Source: an uncultured Gammaproteobacteria bacterium
GTDB lineage: Bacteria; Pseudomonadota; Gammaproteobacteria; GCA-002705445; GCA-002716945
Length of the DNA stretch: 64,000 bases
Direction of reading: 5' to 3'
NCBI GenBank assembly: GCA_902628335.1
Contig: CACOMO010000002.1
Location: 143,684 to 207,683, forward strand
The stretch's first letter is position 1. Each line of letters opens with the position of its first letter. Made by a program: the position numbers and the translations under genes. Below the pieces are notes generated by a model. The model saw only the letters and a list, made by a program, of their open reading frames with translations, did not search any database and had not been told where the DNA came from. Shown here piece after piece: positions 20,756 to 30,886 of this stretch.

Positions 20756-21397
20756 ATGAACATACTTTTTTTAGGTGCACCAGGCTGTGGTAAAGGTACT
20801 CAGTCAAAAATTTTGATTGAGAAATATGGTATAGCGCAAATATCGACAGGTGATTTACTCAGAGAAGAAATGAGTTCCCAGAGCGATCTTGGGGAAAAAA
20901 TAAGGAGCATAATGGCGAAAGGTGATTTTGTAGACGATAAACTTGTCTTGTCGCTAGTATCAAAAAAAATAGAAAGTAACGAATGTAAAAAAGGATTCAT
21001 CCTTGATGGATTCCCAAGAAATTTATCACAAGCAAAAAGCTTAGATACGTTATTAGAAAACATGTCTAAAAGTATTGATCATGTTCTTTTTATCGATGTT
21101 CCAGATGAAGTTCTGATTCAAAGATGCACCGGAAGATTGCTCTGTGATACTTGTGACTATATCGGAAATAAAGATAGAGGAGAGAATATTGGTGACCCGT
21201 GCCCTGTTGCCGAAGGAACATTATATCAAAGAGAAGATGATAAAGAAGAAACAGTGAGAAATAGATTAGAAGTCTTTAAGGATCAAACCCAACCAATAAT
21301 AGAGTTTTACGAAGAAAAGGGTAAGCTAAATAAACTTATTGGTGGTAATGACCCAAAATTACTCGCAAGCAAAATCAATAAAATAATCAACATATAA
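20756..21397 (+). CDS. adk: Adenylate kinase
   Basis: [28 protein letters not shown]. Confidence 0.96.
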   Translation: MNILFLGAPGCGKGTQSKILIEKYGIAQISTGDLLREEMSSQSDLGEKIRSIMAKGDFVDDKLVLSLVSKKIESNECKKGFILDGFPRNLSQAKSLDTLLENMSKSIDHVLFIDVPDEVLIQRCTGRLLCDTCDYIGNKDRGENIGDPCPVAEGTLYQREDDKEETVRNRLEVFKDQTQPIIEFYEEKGKLNKLIGGNDPKLLASKINKIINI

Positions 21398-21459
21398 TCA
21401 AAGAAGTTTTGAAAAATAGTCAATTCTGATAAAATCTTAGTGATTAACAATTAATACAG

Positions 21460-24171
21460 ATGTTTTTACTAAGAAATTTTATATTTATAGCAGTATTCAC
21501 TACATCTAGTAGTGCTTCTGCTAATTGGTTCTCAGCTATAGCTGAGATAGACTTGTTTGAAAAAATAAAAGATACTACGGACATTATTCCAAAACCTTAC
21601 AAGATTCCTGTTACACAAGGGAACTTAATACCTGAGGAAAACATCAGGAGATTACAATCTGGTCTGAGCAAAGAGCAAGTAAGATTTTTATTAGGTACCC
21701 CGTCATTTATTGATGCTTTCCATGAAAATAGATGGGATTATGTTTATTTCTCACGTAACTCGGAAGAAGTTAAAAATATTGCAATTATTTTCACTAACGA
21801 AAAAGTTAGAGAAATTATTGTCGATGATGAAAGCATACCTGATATTGATAATCTCAATTCTGAGAGAATATCAAAAAGCATCCCCATTCTAGAGGAACAA
21901 GATACCACTGAGAGACCATCTCAGGAAATCGTTGTAGCAAAAAGAGAGGATTTTCTAACTTTAAGAAAGACTAACAAATTACCAGTTTGTATTGATGATG
22001 AATTTGAAAGTTATCAGTCACAACGCACCCTCGTTCAAGCAGATGAGGATGCTTTAGAAGTAAGGTCCGACGAGCAAAATCAAGATGAAAATGGAATATT
22101 CTATGCAACAGGTAATGTAGAAATAGAACGAAGAGATGATTTGGTTAAATCTGATAAAGCTCAGTATGATGGTGATACAGGAGTCCTATTTGCTGAGGGA
22201 AATGTTAGATACCTTACAGAAGATCTAACATTATACGCTGATAAAGGAGGTTATAACAGTCAAAATGATACAGTAAATTTTTCATCAACTAGTTTTTATT
22301 TTGCTAATCAAAAAAGCTCAGGAAAAGGTAGAGCTGATGAAATTCTAATTGATGACGATGGTATTGTATATATGACGCCAAGTAGTTATACAACCTGTTC
22401 TATAAATAATCCTGACTGGGAATTTTCATCATCTGAAACAATTCTTTATCGTGATTCTGATCGCGGTCATGCTTATAACATTTTTTTGAAATATAAAGGT
22501 GTCCCAGTATTATACTCTCCTTTTGTCAGCTTTCCATTGAGTCGAGAAAGACACAGTGGATTTTTACTACCATCAGTTGGAAGCTCTGGTGAGAGTGGTA
22601 CCGTGATTTCAACGCCATACTATTTTAATCTCTCAGAAAATTTCGATCTTACATTAACACCAACTAATTATTCTGGGAGAGGTCAAATGCTTGAAGCTGA
22701 GTTTAGGCACAAATCTGAAAACAGTAATACAGTAATTGAACTTGCTAATCTCAATGACGATGATATTTTTGGTAAGAATAGACACGCCTACTTTATAAGA
22801 GATACTAGAACATATAAAAATACGCTTGTTCAACAAAATAATAGTTGGAGAGGAACGCTTATTTCATCAAATATAAATATAGGGGGTATATCTGATATTA
22901 GATATTTTGATGACTTTAGTAATACTGTATCCAGAGTTGGTAGAACTCATATCACGCGTGACTTTATTCTTGAGAGAGAGGAGTATAATAACTTTGGATA
23001 TTTTAAAGCGACTATTGCTGCAACAGACTATCAATTGGCTAAACAAGATTTAGTAGAGCAATATAGTGTTTTACCAAGAGTAAATTTTGAATATCAGAGT
23101 GAGAGATCCGATAGAAATTTTAATTATAACTTTACTGGAGAAATAGCAGACTTCGATCATACTCTGCCACATAAAGCTACGGGGTTGAGGGTGGTATTGT
23201 ATCCTTCGGTTGAATATCCAATTTCTAATCCAGGTTGGGAGGTTAGTACGAAATTTGGTGTTAGGCATAGTAGCTATGATCTATCAGCAAACGGTTCTGG
23301 AATCACAAGAACTAGCATATCAAAAACTTTCCCTATATTTAGTGTTAGAGGGAAAATGATATATGAAAAATTATCAACGAGTAATATTCTCCAAACACTT
23401 GAACCGGAGATGTACTTTCTTTACGTACCTTCGAGTAATCAAGATGATATCCCAATTTTTGATTCGGGTAACATAGACTTTAAATATAACTTATTTTCTG
23501 AAAACAAATTTTATGGTCAAGATAGAATCAACGATGCCAAACAAGTTACTCTTGCATTGTCATCAAGCATGATCAATACGAATAGTGGTAATGAATTACT
23601 TCGAGCAACAATAGGTCAAATTTTTTATTTGGATGACAGATCGGTAAATATTGAAAATAGCGAGACCGATTCAACTAATACCTCAAATATACTTGGATTG
23701 GTAAATGCGAGATTAGATGATTATTGGAGGTTAACCGGCTATTCCGAGTTTAATCCACGTGGAAATTATGCTGAAAAAAATCAAATCCGATTATCCTATA
23801 AACGACCTTATGGCAAACAAAATCAAATTTTTAATACAAGTTATAGATTTAGTAGAGGTGAGCAAGAAGAAGTAGATTTCTCTGCAGTGCTTCCATTCAA
23901 CAGCAGGACCTCTATTATTGGTAAAGTCAATTATTCATTCAATAATAGAAGAAGTAATACTGAAGATGTCTTGGAGAAGATGATAGGCGTAGAGTATGAA
24001 AGTTGTTGCTATGGAATAAAGCTTGTTGCGAGAGAGTTTTGGAATGGAACAAAAATAGATGATATCCTTTATTTTGAATTTCTTCCAAAGGGGATTGCCA
24101 CATCAGATAATAGAACTGCTGAACTATTGAGAGATGGTATACTAGGCTATCAAGATAAATTTGATTACTAA
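21460..24171 (+). CDS. lptD: LPS-assembly protein LptD with N-terminal BamE (SmpA/OmlA)-like domain
   Basis: QGN...GLSKEQVRFLLGTP...RWDYVY (BamE); YTTC, RHSGFLLP, PYYFNL, LEPEMYFLYVP, EYESCC (LptD); upstream of surA. Confidence 0.9.
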   Translation: MFLLRNFIFIAVFTTSSSASANWFSAIAEIDLFEKIKDTTDIIPKPYKIPVTQGNLIPEENIRRLQSGLSKEQVRFLLGTPSFIDAFHENRWDYVYFSRNSEEVKNIAIIFTNEKVREIIVDDESIPDIDNLNSERISKSIPILEEQDTTERPSQEIVVAKREDFLTLRKTNKLPVCIDDEFESYQSQRTLVQADEDALEVRSDEQNQDENGIFYATGNVEIERRDDLVKSDKAQYDGDTGVLFAEGNVRYLTEDLTLYADKGGYNSQNDTVNFSSTSFYFANQKSSGKGRADEILIDDDGIVYMTPSSYTTCSINNPDWEFSSSETILYRDSDRGHAYNIFLKYKGVPVLYSPFVSFPLSRERHSGFLLPSVGSSGESGTVISTPYYFNLSENFDLTLTPTNYSGRGQMLEAEFRHKSENSNTVIELANLNDDDIFGKNRHAYFIRDTRTYKNTLVQQNNSWRGTLISSNINIGGISDIRYFDDFSNTVSRVGRTHITRDFILEREEYNNFGYFKATIAATDYQLAKQDLVEQYSVLPRVNFEYQSERSDRNFNYNFTGEIADFDHTLPHKATGLRVVLYPSVEYPISNPGWEVSTKFGVRHSSYDLSANGSGITRTSISKTFPIFSVRGKMIYEKLSTSNILQTLEPEMYFLYVPSSNQDDIPIFDSGNIDFKYNLFSENKFYGQDRINDAKQVTLALSSSMINTNSGNELLRATIGQIFYLDDRSVNIENSETDSTNTSNILGLVNARLDDYWRLTGYSEFNPRGNYAEKNQIRLSYKRPYGKQNQIFNTSYRFSRGEQEEVDFSAVLPFNSRTSIIGKVNYSFNNRRSNTEDVLEKMIGVEYESCCYGIKLVAREFWNGTKIDDILYFEFLPKGIATSDNRTAELLRDGILGYQDKFDY

Positions 24172-25423
24172 AATGCTGAAAAAAATCAAAATATTTATTT
24201 TCCTGTTTGCGATTTCTTTCTCCTATTTGCTACATGGCTTCGATGATCGCATCATTGTAGTGGTTAACGATAAGGTTATTCTAAAATCTGAAATCCAGGA
24301 TTCCATTAATAACTTATCTCGGGAAGAGGTTACAAAAGAGTATAGCACGTTAAGCGAAAGAGAGATTATAGATAAAGTTATCGAAAAAATGATCGATAAA
24401 ACTCTTATACTTCAAGCAGCCGAAAGATATGATATTAAAATTTCAGATATTGCATTAGAGAACAAACTTCGAGAAATAGCTAGCGAGCAAAAATTGACTA
24501 TTAACGAATTGAGAAATCTTGTAATCAATAGTGGGTTAGATTACCAGAGGTACATTAGGGAATTGAGAGATGAAATGACAATGAATGCACTGTTCGTTTC
24601 TCAATTTTACTCTCGAGCTAACGTAACAGAAGAAGAAGTCGATAATTTCATAAGAAGAGAGAAAATTAACGAACAAGGAAATATAATATATGAGATTATA
24701 GAGTTTGTGATCATAGATGAAAATAAAACCATTGATAGGGACTCTATAGATAACATCTATTCATACACAATCAAAACGAACTTCACAGAGGCAAAAGAAA
24801 AGTTTACTGAACATGATATAAAGATCACGAACCTAGGGACTGTCGATATTGAAAGTCTTCCACTTCTTTATGTCAATGCACTTAAGAATGTTAATTCAAA
24901 TGAATACACGGATATTATAAAGAGTTCGAAAGGATATCATATTTTAAAGGTGCTATCTGCAAAAAATCAGGCTATAGCTTATATAGATGAATACAAAGTA
25001 AGACATATACTAATTAAGCCAGATCCTATGACATCTGATAAAGAAGTAAAGCAAAAATTATTTAAACTTAGAGATGAAATATCAAACATCGATGAATTTG
25101 CTGAAAGCGCAAAAAAATATTCAGTAGATCATGTTTCAGCCTATAACGGTGGAGACTTAAATTGGCAGCGTTCAGAAAATTTAGTTCCGGAGTTCGCCTC
25201 TATAATGGAGAAAACGCCATTGAATACAATCAGTGATCCTTTCTCGACACAATTCGGATGGCATATACTCTTCGTAGAGAATAAGAGAACGGTAGATGAT
25301 GCGCAATCCATTATACGAGCTAATATAGCTAAAACAATTAGAGCGAATAAGGCTAAACGAGAAAATGATAATTGGAAAGCAAAACTAAAGGATCAAGCAT
25401 ACATAGAAATTAAGGAATTTTAA
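24161..25423 (+). CDS. surA: Periplasmic chaperone/PPIase SurA
   Basis: DRIIVVVND, VRHILIK, GGDLNW, FGWHI; lptD-surA-pdxA-rsmA synteny. Confidence 0.9.
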   Translation: MITKMLKKIKIFIFLFAISFSYLLHGFDDRIIVVVNDKVILKSEIQDSINNLSREEVTKEYSTLSEREIIDKVIEKMIDKTLILQAAERYDIKISDIALENKLREIASEQKLTINELRNLVINSGLDYQRYIRELRDEMTMNALFVSQFYSRANVTEEEVDNFIRREKINEQGNIIYEIIEFVIIDENKTIDRDSIDNIYSYTIKTNFTEAKEKFTEHDIKITNLGTVDIESLPLLYVNALKNVNSNEYTDIIKSSKGYHILKVLSAKNQAIAYIDEYKVRHILIKPDPMTSDKEVKQKLFKLRDEISNIDEFAESAKKYSVDHVSAYNGGDLNWQRSENLVPEFASIMEKTPLNTISDPFSTQFGWHILFVENKRTVDDAQSIIRANIAKTIRANKAKRENDNWKAKLKDQAYIEIKEF

Positions 25424-25424
25424 G

Positions 25425-26396
25425 TTGAAAAAAATATTAATCACGCTTGGCGAGCCAGCAGGTATAGGTCCAGACTTAGGCGTTCTTCTCTCTGAAAAAT
25501 ATTTAGATAAATCAACGATAGTTATTGCCGATCCTAAACTACTCGAGCAAAGTGCAAAGAAAATAAAGAAAAAAATACATCTTAATATACTAGATAATAT
25601 AAACTCTGATCTAGTCAGTGGCAAAGGGTGCATTAATATTTTACCTGTTGATTTAAACACAAGAAACACTCCAGGCAAGCTGAATCCTAAAAATGCAAGT
25701 TATGTAATTAAAACAATTCAACTTGCAGCTGAATTATGTAAACAAGGATATGCGGGTGGAATGGTAACAGGTCCTATCAGTAAATCAGTGTTAAATAAGG
25801 GTGGGTTTAAAATATCTGGACATACAGAGTTTTTAGCAGAGATATGCAATTGTAAATCAGTAATGATGTTAATGAACAAAAAAATGAAAGTTGCTCTTCA
25901 TACAACGCACGTACCTCTGAATGAAATATCTAAATATATTACTAAGAAGCTAATTCGTGAGACAGTACTAATAGTTGATCACGATATGAAAGTCAAATTT
26001 AAAATAAAGAAACCTAAAATATTGATTACAGGCCTCAACCCTCACGCAGGTGAAGATGGGATGTTGGGGAAACATGAGTCTACAATTATTAAACCAACAG
26101 TGCATAAACTTAATACTGAGGGTATCCTTATTGATGGACCTGTCCCAGCCGATACAGCATTTCTGCAAAAAAATATTACAAAATATGATGTTATTTTGAC
26201 TATGTTTCATGATCAAGGATTGCCAGTGATCAAATTTGATAATTTTAAAACAACAGTTAATATTACACTTGGTTTACCCATAGTAAGAGTGTCTGTAGAT
26301 CATGGGACAGCTCTTGATCTTGCTGGTACAGGAAAAGTAGATATATCCAGTTTTGTAGAGTCGATAAAAATAGCAAAAAAAATAAGTAATGCATAA
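25425..26396 (+). CDS. pdxA: 4-hydroxythreonine-4-phosphate dehydrogenase
   Basis: GEPAGIGPD, GHTEFL, NPHAGE, HDQGL, SVDHGTA. Confidence 0.96.
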   Translation: MKKILITLGEPAGIGPDLGVLLSEKYLDKSTIVIADPKLLEQSAKKIKKKIHLNILDNINSDLVSGKGCINILPVDLNTRNTPGKLNPKNASYVIKTIQLAAELCKQGYAGGMVTGPISKSVLNKGGFKISGHTEFLAEICNCKSVMMLMNKKMKVALHTTHVPLNEISKYITKKLIRETVLIVDHDMKVKFKIKKPKILITGLNPHAGEDGMLGKHESTIIKPTVHKLNTEGILIDGPVPADTAFLQKNITKYDVILTMFHDQGLPVIKFDNFKTTVNITLGLPIVRVSVDHGTALDLAGTGKVDISSFVESIKIAKKISNA

Positions 26397-27153
26397 ACAT
26401 AAAAAATCTCTTAGCCAAAACTTTCTTATTGATAAAAATGTAATAATTAAAATTCTTGATCGAGTGTCTCCATCGAATTCAGACTTTTTTCTTGAGATTG
26501 GACCGGGGGATGGTGCTCTAACTTATCCTTTGATTGATAAAATCTCTAAACTTATCGTTATTGAGAAAGATCAAGCACTCTCGGTAAAACTAAGTGATAT
26601 GTTTAGTAAAAATAATAATATTACTGTAATCAACCATGATGTTCTTAAAATAGATTTAAATAAGTATATAAAAGATCGAGTAAGAGTTATTGGTAACTTG
26701 CCGTACAATGTTGCAACTGAGATAATTTTCTTATTACTTGATTCTAAGATCATAATTCAAGATATACATATCATGCTACAAAAAGAGATGGTAGATAGAA
26801 TATCTGCTCCTCCAGGGAATAAACAGTATGGAAGAATTAGTGTTATGGTACAAGCTAATTACGAAGTTAAAAAATTGTTTGACATTTCACCAAATGTGTT
26901 TGAGCCCAAGCCAAAGGTATGGTCTTCATATATGAGATTAATCCCGAAAAAAAAAGTTTTTATTGACGAAACTCATAAAGAAAATTTTAGGAAACTTGTT
27001 ACTTTGGCATTCCTATCAAGAAGGAAAATGATTAAGACATCACTAAAAGATAGCATCTCATTAAATGAAATACATCATATTATTGGTGATGAAAAGATTA
27101 GGCCGGAACAGTTAAGTTATAATCAATTTATTGAGATGGCGAAATATGTTTAA
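26389..27153 (+). CDS. rsmA: 16S rRNA dimethyladenosine transferase
   Basis: QNFL, EIGPGDG, NLPYN, QKE. Confidence 0.95.
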   Translation: MHKHKKSLSQNFLIDKNVIIKILDRVSPSNSDFFLEIGPGDGALTYPLIDKISKLIVIEKDQALSVKLSDMFSKNNNITVINHDVLKIDLNKYIKDRVRVIGNLPYNVATEIIFLLLDSKIIIQDIHIMLQKEMVDRISAPPGNKQYGRISVMVQANYEVKKLFDISPNVFEPKPKVWSSYMRLIPKKKVFIDETHKENFRKLVTLAFLSRRKMIKTSLKDSISLNEIHHIIGDEKIRPEQLSYNQFIEMAKYV

Positions 27154-27811
27154 AAAAAATCTACTTTACATATTGTTTCTTTATTCCATATATAATTTTT
27201 TCGTCTTTTTTACATGGTATCTTGGTGATACACAAATGATTATAGAGAGTGCGTACTACTTGTCACTTAAAGCTTCAGTCCCACTATTTTTATTTATCTT
27301 TTTTATACACATCTTTTATCATAAAAATGAGGTTGATGCAGCTCAAGTCATTTCATTTCCGCCGATAATCTTCCTCTTTTCATCAAATTGTGGTTTCTTA
27401 CTAGCAACAACGAACATGTACTTCCTTCAAATGTATAAGGTACCAGAGTTTTTTGATGTATTGAGAAATAATATCTTTGGATTAATATTTATCTTTGTAG
27501 CAATAGGTATAATATCCAGTGCTTTGAGGATATTTAAATCGCACTCAGAGGACCCAAATCCAACTTCAATTTCCACACAGATTTTTTGTGATGGGATCTA
27601 CAAACACACTCGCAATCCAATGTATATGGGTCTAATTTTATTTCAAATTGGCTTGGGGATGGTTCTTAGCATGACACATATAATCTTCTTTACTTTTTTG
27701 ACATACATAGTTTTCCGTTACGGTGTGATAGAAAAAGAAGAAGTATATCTGCGTAACAAATTTGGTGATTCCTATATAAAATATATGCAAAAAACAAGAA
27801 GATGGTTCTAA
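27146..27811 (+). CDS. ICMT/PEMT family membrane methyltransferase
   Basis: GIYKHTRNPMY, EEVYLRNKFG..Y..Y..KTRRW. Confidence 0.8.
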   Translation: MFKKNLLYILFLYSIYNFFVFFTWYLGDTQMIIESAYYLSLKASVPLFLFIFFIHIFYHKNEVDAAQVISFPPIIFLFSSNCGFLLATTNMYFLQMYKVPEFFDVLRNNIFGLIFIFVAIGIISSALRIFKSHSEDPNPTSISTQIFCDGIYKHTRNPMYMGLILFQIGLGMVLSMTHIIFFTFLTYIVFRYGVIEKEEVYLRNKFGDSYIKYMQKTRRWF

Positions 27812-27854
27812 ATATGATTGATTTATAACATCGATAATACATAATATCTATGAT

Positions 27855-28037
27855 ATGGATGATTACCTACTAGAAATATTAAGATGCCCCAAGTCAGGTG
27901 GTAAATTAGAGCTCGATAAAGAAAAAATGGAGCTTGTTTGCAAAGAATCTAAACTAGCGTACCCAATAATTGATGGTATTCCAATTATGCTTTTAGACGA
28001 AGCAAGAGAGTTAAAGGAGGATATGGATGAAAATTAA
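27855..28037 (+). CDS. Trm112 family protein (YcaR-like)
   Basis: LLEILRCP...[13 protein letters not shown]. Confidence 0.9.
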   Translation: MDDYLLEILRCPKSGGKLELDKEKMELVCKESKLAYPIIDGIPIMLLDEARELKEDMDEN

Positions 28038-28494
28038 AATTGGATCAAAAATAAAAAACTTTGAAATTGAATCGACAATGTCTAGTAAAAAGAAATTATC
28101 AGATTTGCTCGACAGAAACCTAGTTCTCTACTTTTACCCAAAAGATATGACACCTGGATGTACCACAGAGAGTATTGAATTTAATGAAAATATCACAAAG
28201 TTTAGAAGGGCTGGGTGGGATGTTGTCGGCATTTCAAGAGATTCTATCAAATCACATGAAAAGTTTATCGATAAATATAACTTTAAATTTCCTTTGATAT
28301 CCGATCCAGATGAAAAAATATGTAAATTATTTGATGTTATAAAGGAGAAAAGTTTATATGGTAGAAAATATATGGGGGTTGATAGAAGTACGTTTCTTAT
28401 AGACAAGAAATCAAAAGTTGTCGCTATTTGGAATAATGTTAAGGTAAAAGGACATGTAGAGGAAGTACTCTCAAAGATTAAGGAGATAAAGTGA
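28027..28494 (+). CDS. bcp: Peroxiredoxin Bcp/PrxQ
   Basis: [14 protein letters not shown]. Confidence 0.92.
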   Translation: MKIKIGSKIKNFEIESTMSSKKKLSDLLDRNLVLYFYPKDMTPGCTTESIEFNENITKFRRAGWDVVGISRDSIKSHEKFIDKYNFKFPLISDPDEKICKLFDVIKEKSLYGRKYMGVDRSTFLIDKKSKVVAIWNNVKVKGHVEEVLSKIKEIK

Positions 28495-28709
28495 TGGAAT
28501 TAGTTGCCGGTCTTTTATTAATAATGGTTATCTTGACTTTGATAAATGGTATTGTATTTTTTAAAACATTAATAAAACTCCAAAAAGAAAATAATGATCT
28601 TATCAAAAAACTTTTGAGTAATAAAAAGTTAGATGATAAACCTAAAGCAATGCCATCAGCAGATCTAGAAAAACTAAAATACGAGTATATGCATAAAAGG
28701 AAGCTATAA
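28491..28709 (+). CDS. Small single-TM hypothetical protein
   Basis: Overlaps the flanking genes as in an operon; RBS AAGGAG; N-terminal TM helix. Confidence 0.6.
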   Translation: MMELVAGLLLIMVILTLINGIVFFKTLIKLQKENNDLIKKLLSNKKLDDKPKAMPSADLEKLKYEYMHKRKL

Positions 28710-29047
28710 TGACAGATACAATATTTTCCAAAATAATCAAAAAAGAGATTCCAGCAGACTTAGTTCACGAAGATGAAAAATGTATCGCTTTCAATGATAT
28801 AAGTCCTCAAGCACCGACACACATCTTAGTGATACCTAGGAAAGAAATTGCAAAATTATCTGATTCACAAGAGCGTGATAAAGAACTGTTGGGTCACTTA
28901 ATGTTCTCTGCAACTCTGATAGCAAAAAAACTTAATTTAGATGATTATAGATTAGTTATTAATAATGGCGCCGATGCTGGTCAAACAGTATTTCACTTAC
29001 ACATACACATACTTGCTGGACGACCATTCGGTTGGCCACCAGGTTAA
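28709..29047 (+). CDS. hinT: HIT family nucleotide-binding protein
   Basis: HLHIH triad, WPPG C-terminus. Confidence 0.92.
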   Translation: MTDTIFSKIIKKEIPADLVHEDEKCIAFNDISPQAPTHILVIPRKEIAKLSDSQERDKELLGHLMFSATLIAKKLNLDDYRLVINNGADAGQTVFHLHIHILAGRPFGWPPG

Positions 29048-29814
29048 TTTTTTTTGAAAAAACCTAGAATTTTATCCATAAAATCTGAGAAAGGGTTTAC
29101 TCTAAGCTTTTCTGATTCGACGGAAATTTCATCTATGCATTTAACTGACCTTGCTGGGTAAGGTCCCTTAGCGGTCTCTTGATAGAGTGCCACATAATCA
29201 AAACCTTCCTCTAATGTATGACCGATCTCAAAGTTTTCATCTCTCGATTGCACTTGTCCTGTCATTAGAGTTGGCATGAGTGCAAGGTAGATTGGTATGC
29301 AGTCATTAGATTTTGAACGCTCTACCACTTTTTCATCTACAATCATTTTTGAATCCGTTTCAATCATTGCAAAATCACAAGCTTTAAAATAGTCATCAGC
29401 GTCATCGACAGAATCAGATTTTACAAACCTGACACATATCTTTATATTCTCATTAATTTTTGAGCGAAGAGATTTAAAAAAATCTAGGCCAAGTGACTTA
29501 GGGAAAGTTACGATTTCAGGGATAACCTCATTAGCAAAAGCAATATATCCATCAACATCAGAAGCTCCATCATCTGAGTCTAAATATATTCTTGTTGTTA
29601 AATTTCTTTTCTTTGATTGAGCTCTAAATATTTCTATTCTATCTTTGGCTATATCTTTGCCGTCGCTATACAGAACTCGAGCAATGTCAACACCTTCAAT
29701 CCACTGTCTAGCTATACCTGCCATCAACATTGTAATAAGTTCTTTCTCATTATCGGTTGATGGTCCTAGTGTAGCAATGATGTAGCTTAACCGATGTCTT
29801 CCTTCGTTTGACAT
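29044..29814 (-). CDS. Degenerate pyruvate-kinase barrel-like protein (probable pseudoenzyme)
   Basis: IIATLGPST and ETAKGPYP..SV match pyruvate kinase; B and C domains absent; catalytic motifs substituted; strong RBS AAGGAG. Confidence 0.7.
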   Translation of the reverse strand: MSNEGRHRLSYIIATLGPSTDNEKELITMLMAGIARQWIEGVDIARVLYSDGKDIAKDRIEIFRAQSKKRNLTTRIYLDSDDGASDVDGYIAFANEVIPEIVTFPKSLGLDFFKSLRSKINENIKICVRFVKSDSVDDADDYFKACDFAMIETDSKMIVDEKVVERSKSNDCIPIYLALMPTLMTGQVQSRDENFEIGHTLEEGFDYVALYQETAKGPYPARSVKCIDEISVESEKLRVNPFSDFMDKILGFFKKN

Positions 29815-29913
29815 TATTTTCTCCTTAACTAGAGTGTATTTCCATAAAATCCATAATGAATTATATTGTATATTCTACATTCCGTCCAATAGTAGTACAA
29901 AAAAATTAAATAA

Positions 29914-30705
29914 TTGTATAATAATGAAATGATTGATGTGTTAATGAATATTAAATTTGCCTTTTTTATCGTATTTTTTTCTGTTTTTTTTGTACTGGAA
30001 TTTTTCTTTAGTCAAAGACAGACAAGTAAAAAATTGCTCAGATTATTTTTTCATGGTCTCTTTGCAATCTTCAATACTATTTTAATGAGAATTCCTGGTC
30101 TTTTTTTAGTACTACCTGTTTTATTGATATCAAATGAGGGTAACTTCGGGCTACTTAAGATGCTTGATGTGAATTTTATAATTCAAGGAATTATTGGGTT
30201 TTTGATTCTTGATCTGTCATTTTACTGGCTTCATAGGCTTAACCATACTAATGATTTTCTGTGGCGATTTCATAGGGTACACCATCTGGATACACAGATG
30301 GATGTAACAACATCCTTGAGATTTCATATTGTAGAGTTATTAATATCGTCTATTTTAAAAACTGTTTTAATACTCTCTCTTGGTTTACCAATTTCTGTCT
30401 TTATTTTCTATGAAATTATTCTATCTCTATCAGCTCAATTTCATCACGCAGATATTAGACTACCTGACAAGAGTGATAAAATTCTCAGTTATTTTATTGT
30501 GACACCAAAGTATCATACAAACCATCACACTGTATCGATGTATTCTAGAAATGCAAACTATGCATCCATATTTACTGTTTGGGATAAGATTTTCAAATCA
30601 AGGAAACAAGCTAATGAGATAGACAGAGATTATTTGGGTGTAAATGACCGTACAAAAGAATTTGGTTTTATAGTCAATCTAAAGGAGCCATTTGTGAATA
30701 AATAA
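29914..30705 (+). CDS. Sterol desaturase / fatty acid hydroxylase family protein
   Basis: His boxes HRLNH, HRVHH, FHH, HTNHH; start uncertain. Confidence 0.88.
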   Translation: MYNNEMIDVLMNIKFAFFIVFFSVFFVLEFFFSQRQTSKKLLRLFFHGLFAIFNTILMRIPGLFLVLPVLLISNEGNFGLLKMLDVNFIIQGIIGFLILDLSFYWLHRLNHTNDFLWRFHRVHHLDTQMDVTTSLRFHIVELLISSILKTVLILSLGLPISVFIFYEIILSLSAQFHHADIRLPDKSDKILSYFIVTPKYHTNHHTVSMYSRNANYASIFTVWDKIFKSRKQANEIDRDYLGVNDRTKEFGFIVNLKEPFVNK

Positions 30706-30735
30706 TTGACAAAATGAGACCTTTTTGTTTAAATT
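30706..30735 (+). promoter_or_regulatory. Sigma70 promoter driving the riboswitch leader
   Basis: TTGACA (30706-30711) with TTAAAT/TAAATT 17-18 nt downstream; start site would fall near 30741. Confidence 0.65.
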
Positions 30736-30740
30736 ATGTT

Positions 30741-30787
30741 ACGCCGTTTTGAACATCAGCTTGCCGGCGTTAAAGAGCTAAAGCGAT
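30741..30787 (+). ncRNA. SAM-II riboswitch aptamer
   Basis: P1 ACGCCG/CGGCGT, U-rich L1 TTTTG, GCTTGC pairing with GC(T)AA, TTAAA linker; matches SAM-II (SAM_alpha) pseudoknot consensus. Confidence 0.8.
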
Positions 30788-30791
30788 CGGT

Positions 30792-30826
30792 AACCACCAA
30801 TGCTTTAGTCATGGTGGTTTTTTTTT
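30792..30826 (+). terminator. Intrinsic terminator in the leader (SAM-II expression platform)
   Basis: AACCACCA / TGGTGGTT stem ending in a 9-T run. Confidence 0.8.
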
Positions 30827-30880
30827 GGTAGTTGATCTTCAGCTTGTGACCAAACCGATCAGGTAAACACTAAAGAGGAG
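30824..30880 (+). ncRNA. SAM-V riboswitch aptamer overlapping the RBS
   Basis: P1 TTTGGT/ACCAAA, AGTTGA loop, TTGTG pairing with CAC(T)AA, TCTTC pairing with SD GAGGA. Confidence 0.78.
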
Positions 30881-30886
30881 AAAAAA

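Noticed and set aside
19737..20807. Several antisense and alternate-frame ORFs over hppA (similar ones over rodA, dsrAB, dsrL, dsrP)
   Set aside because: Shadow ORFs of well-conserved genes with no motifs of their own
29044..29814. Calling this a functional pyruvate kinase or a pseudogene
   Set aside because: Catalytic motifs and two domains are missing, yet the ORF is intact with a strong RBS, so neither label is supported
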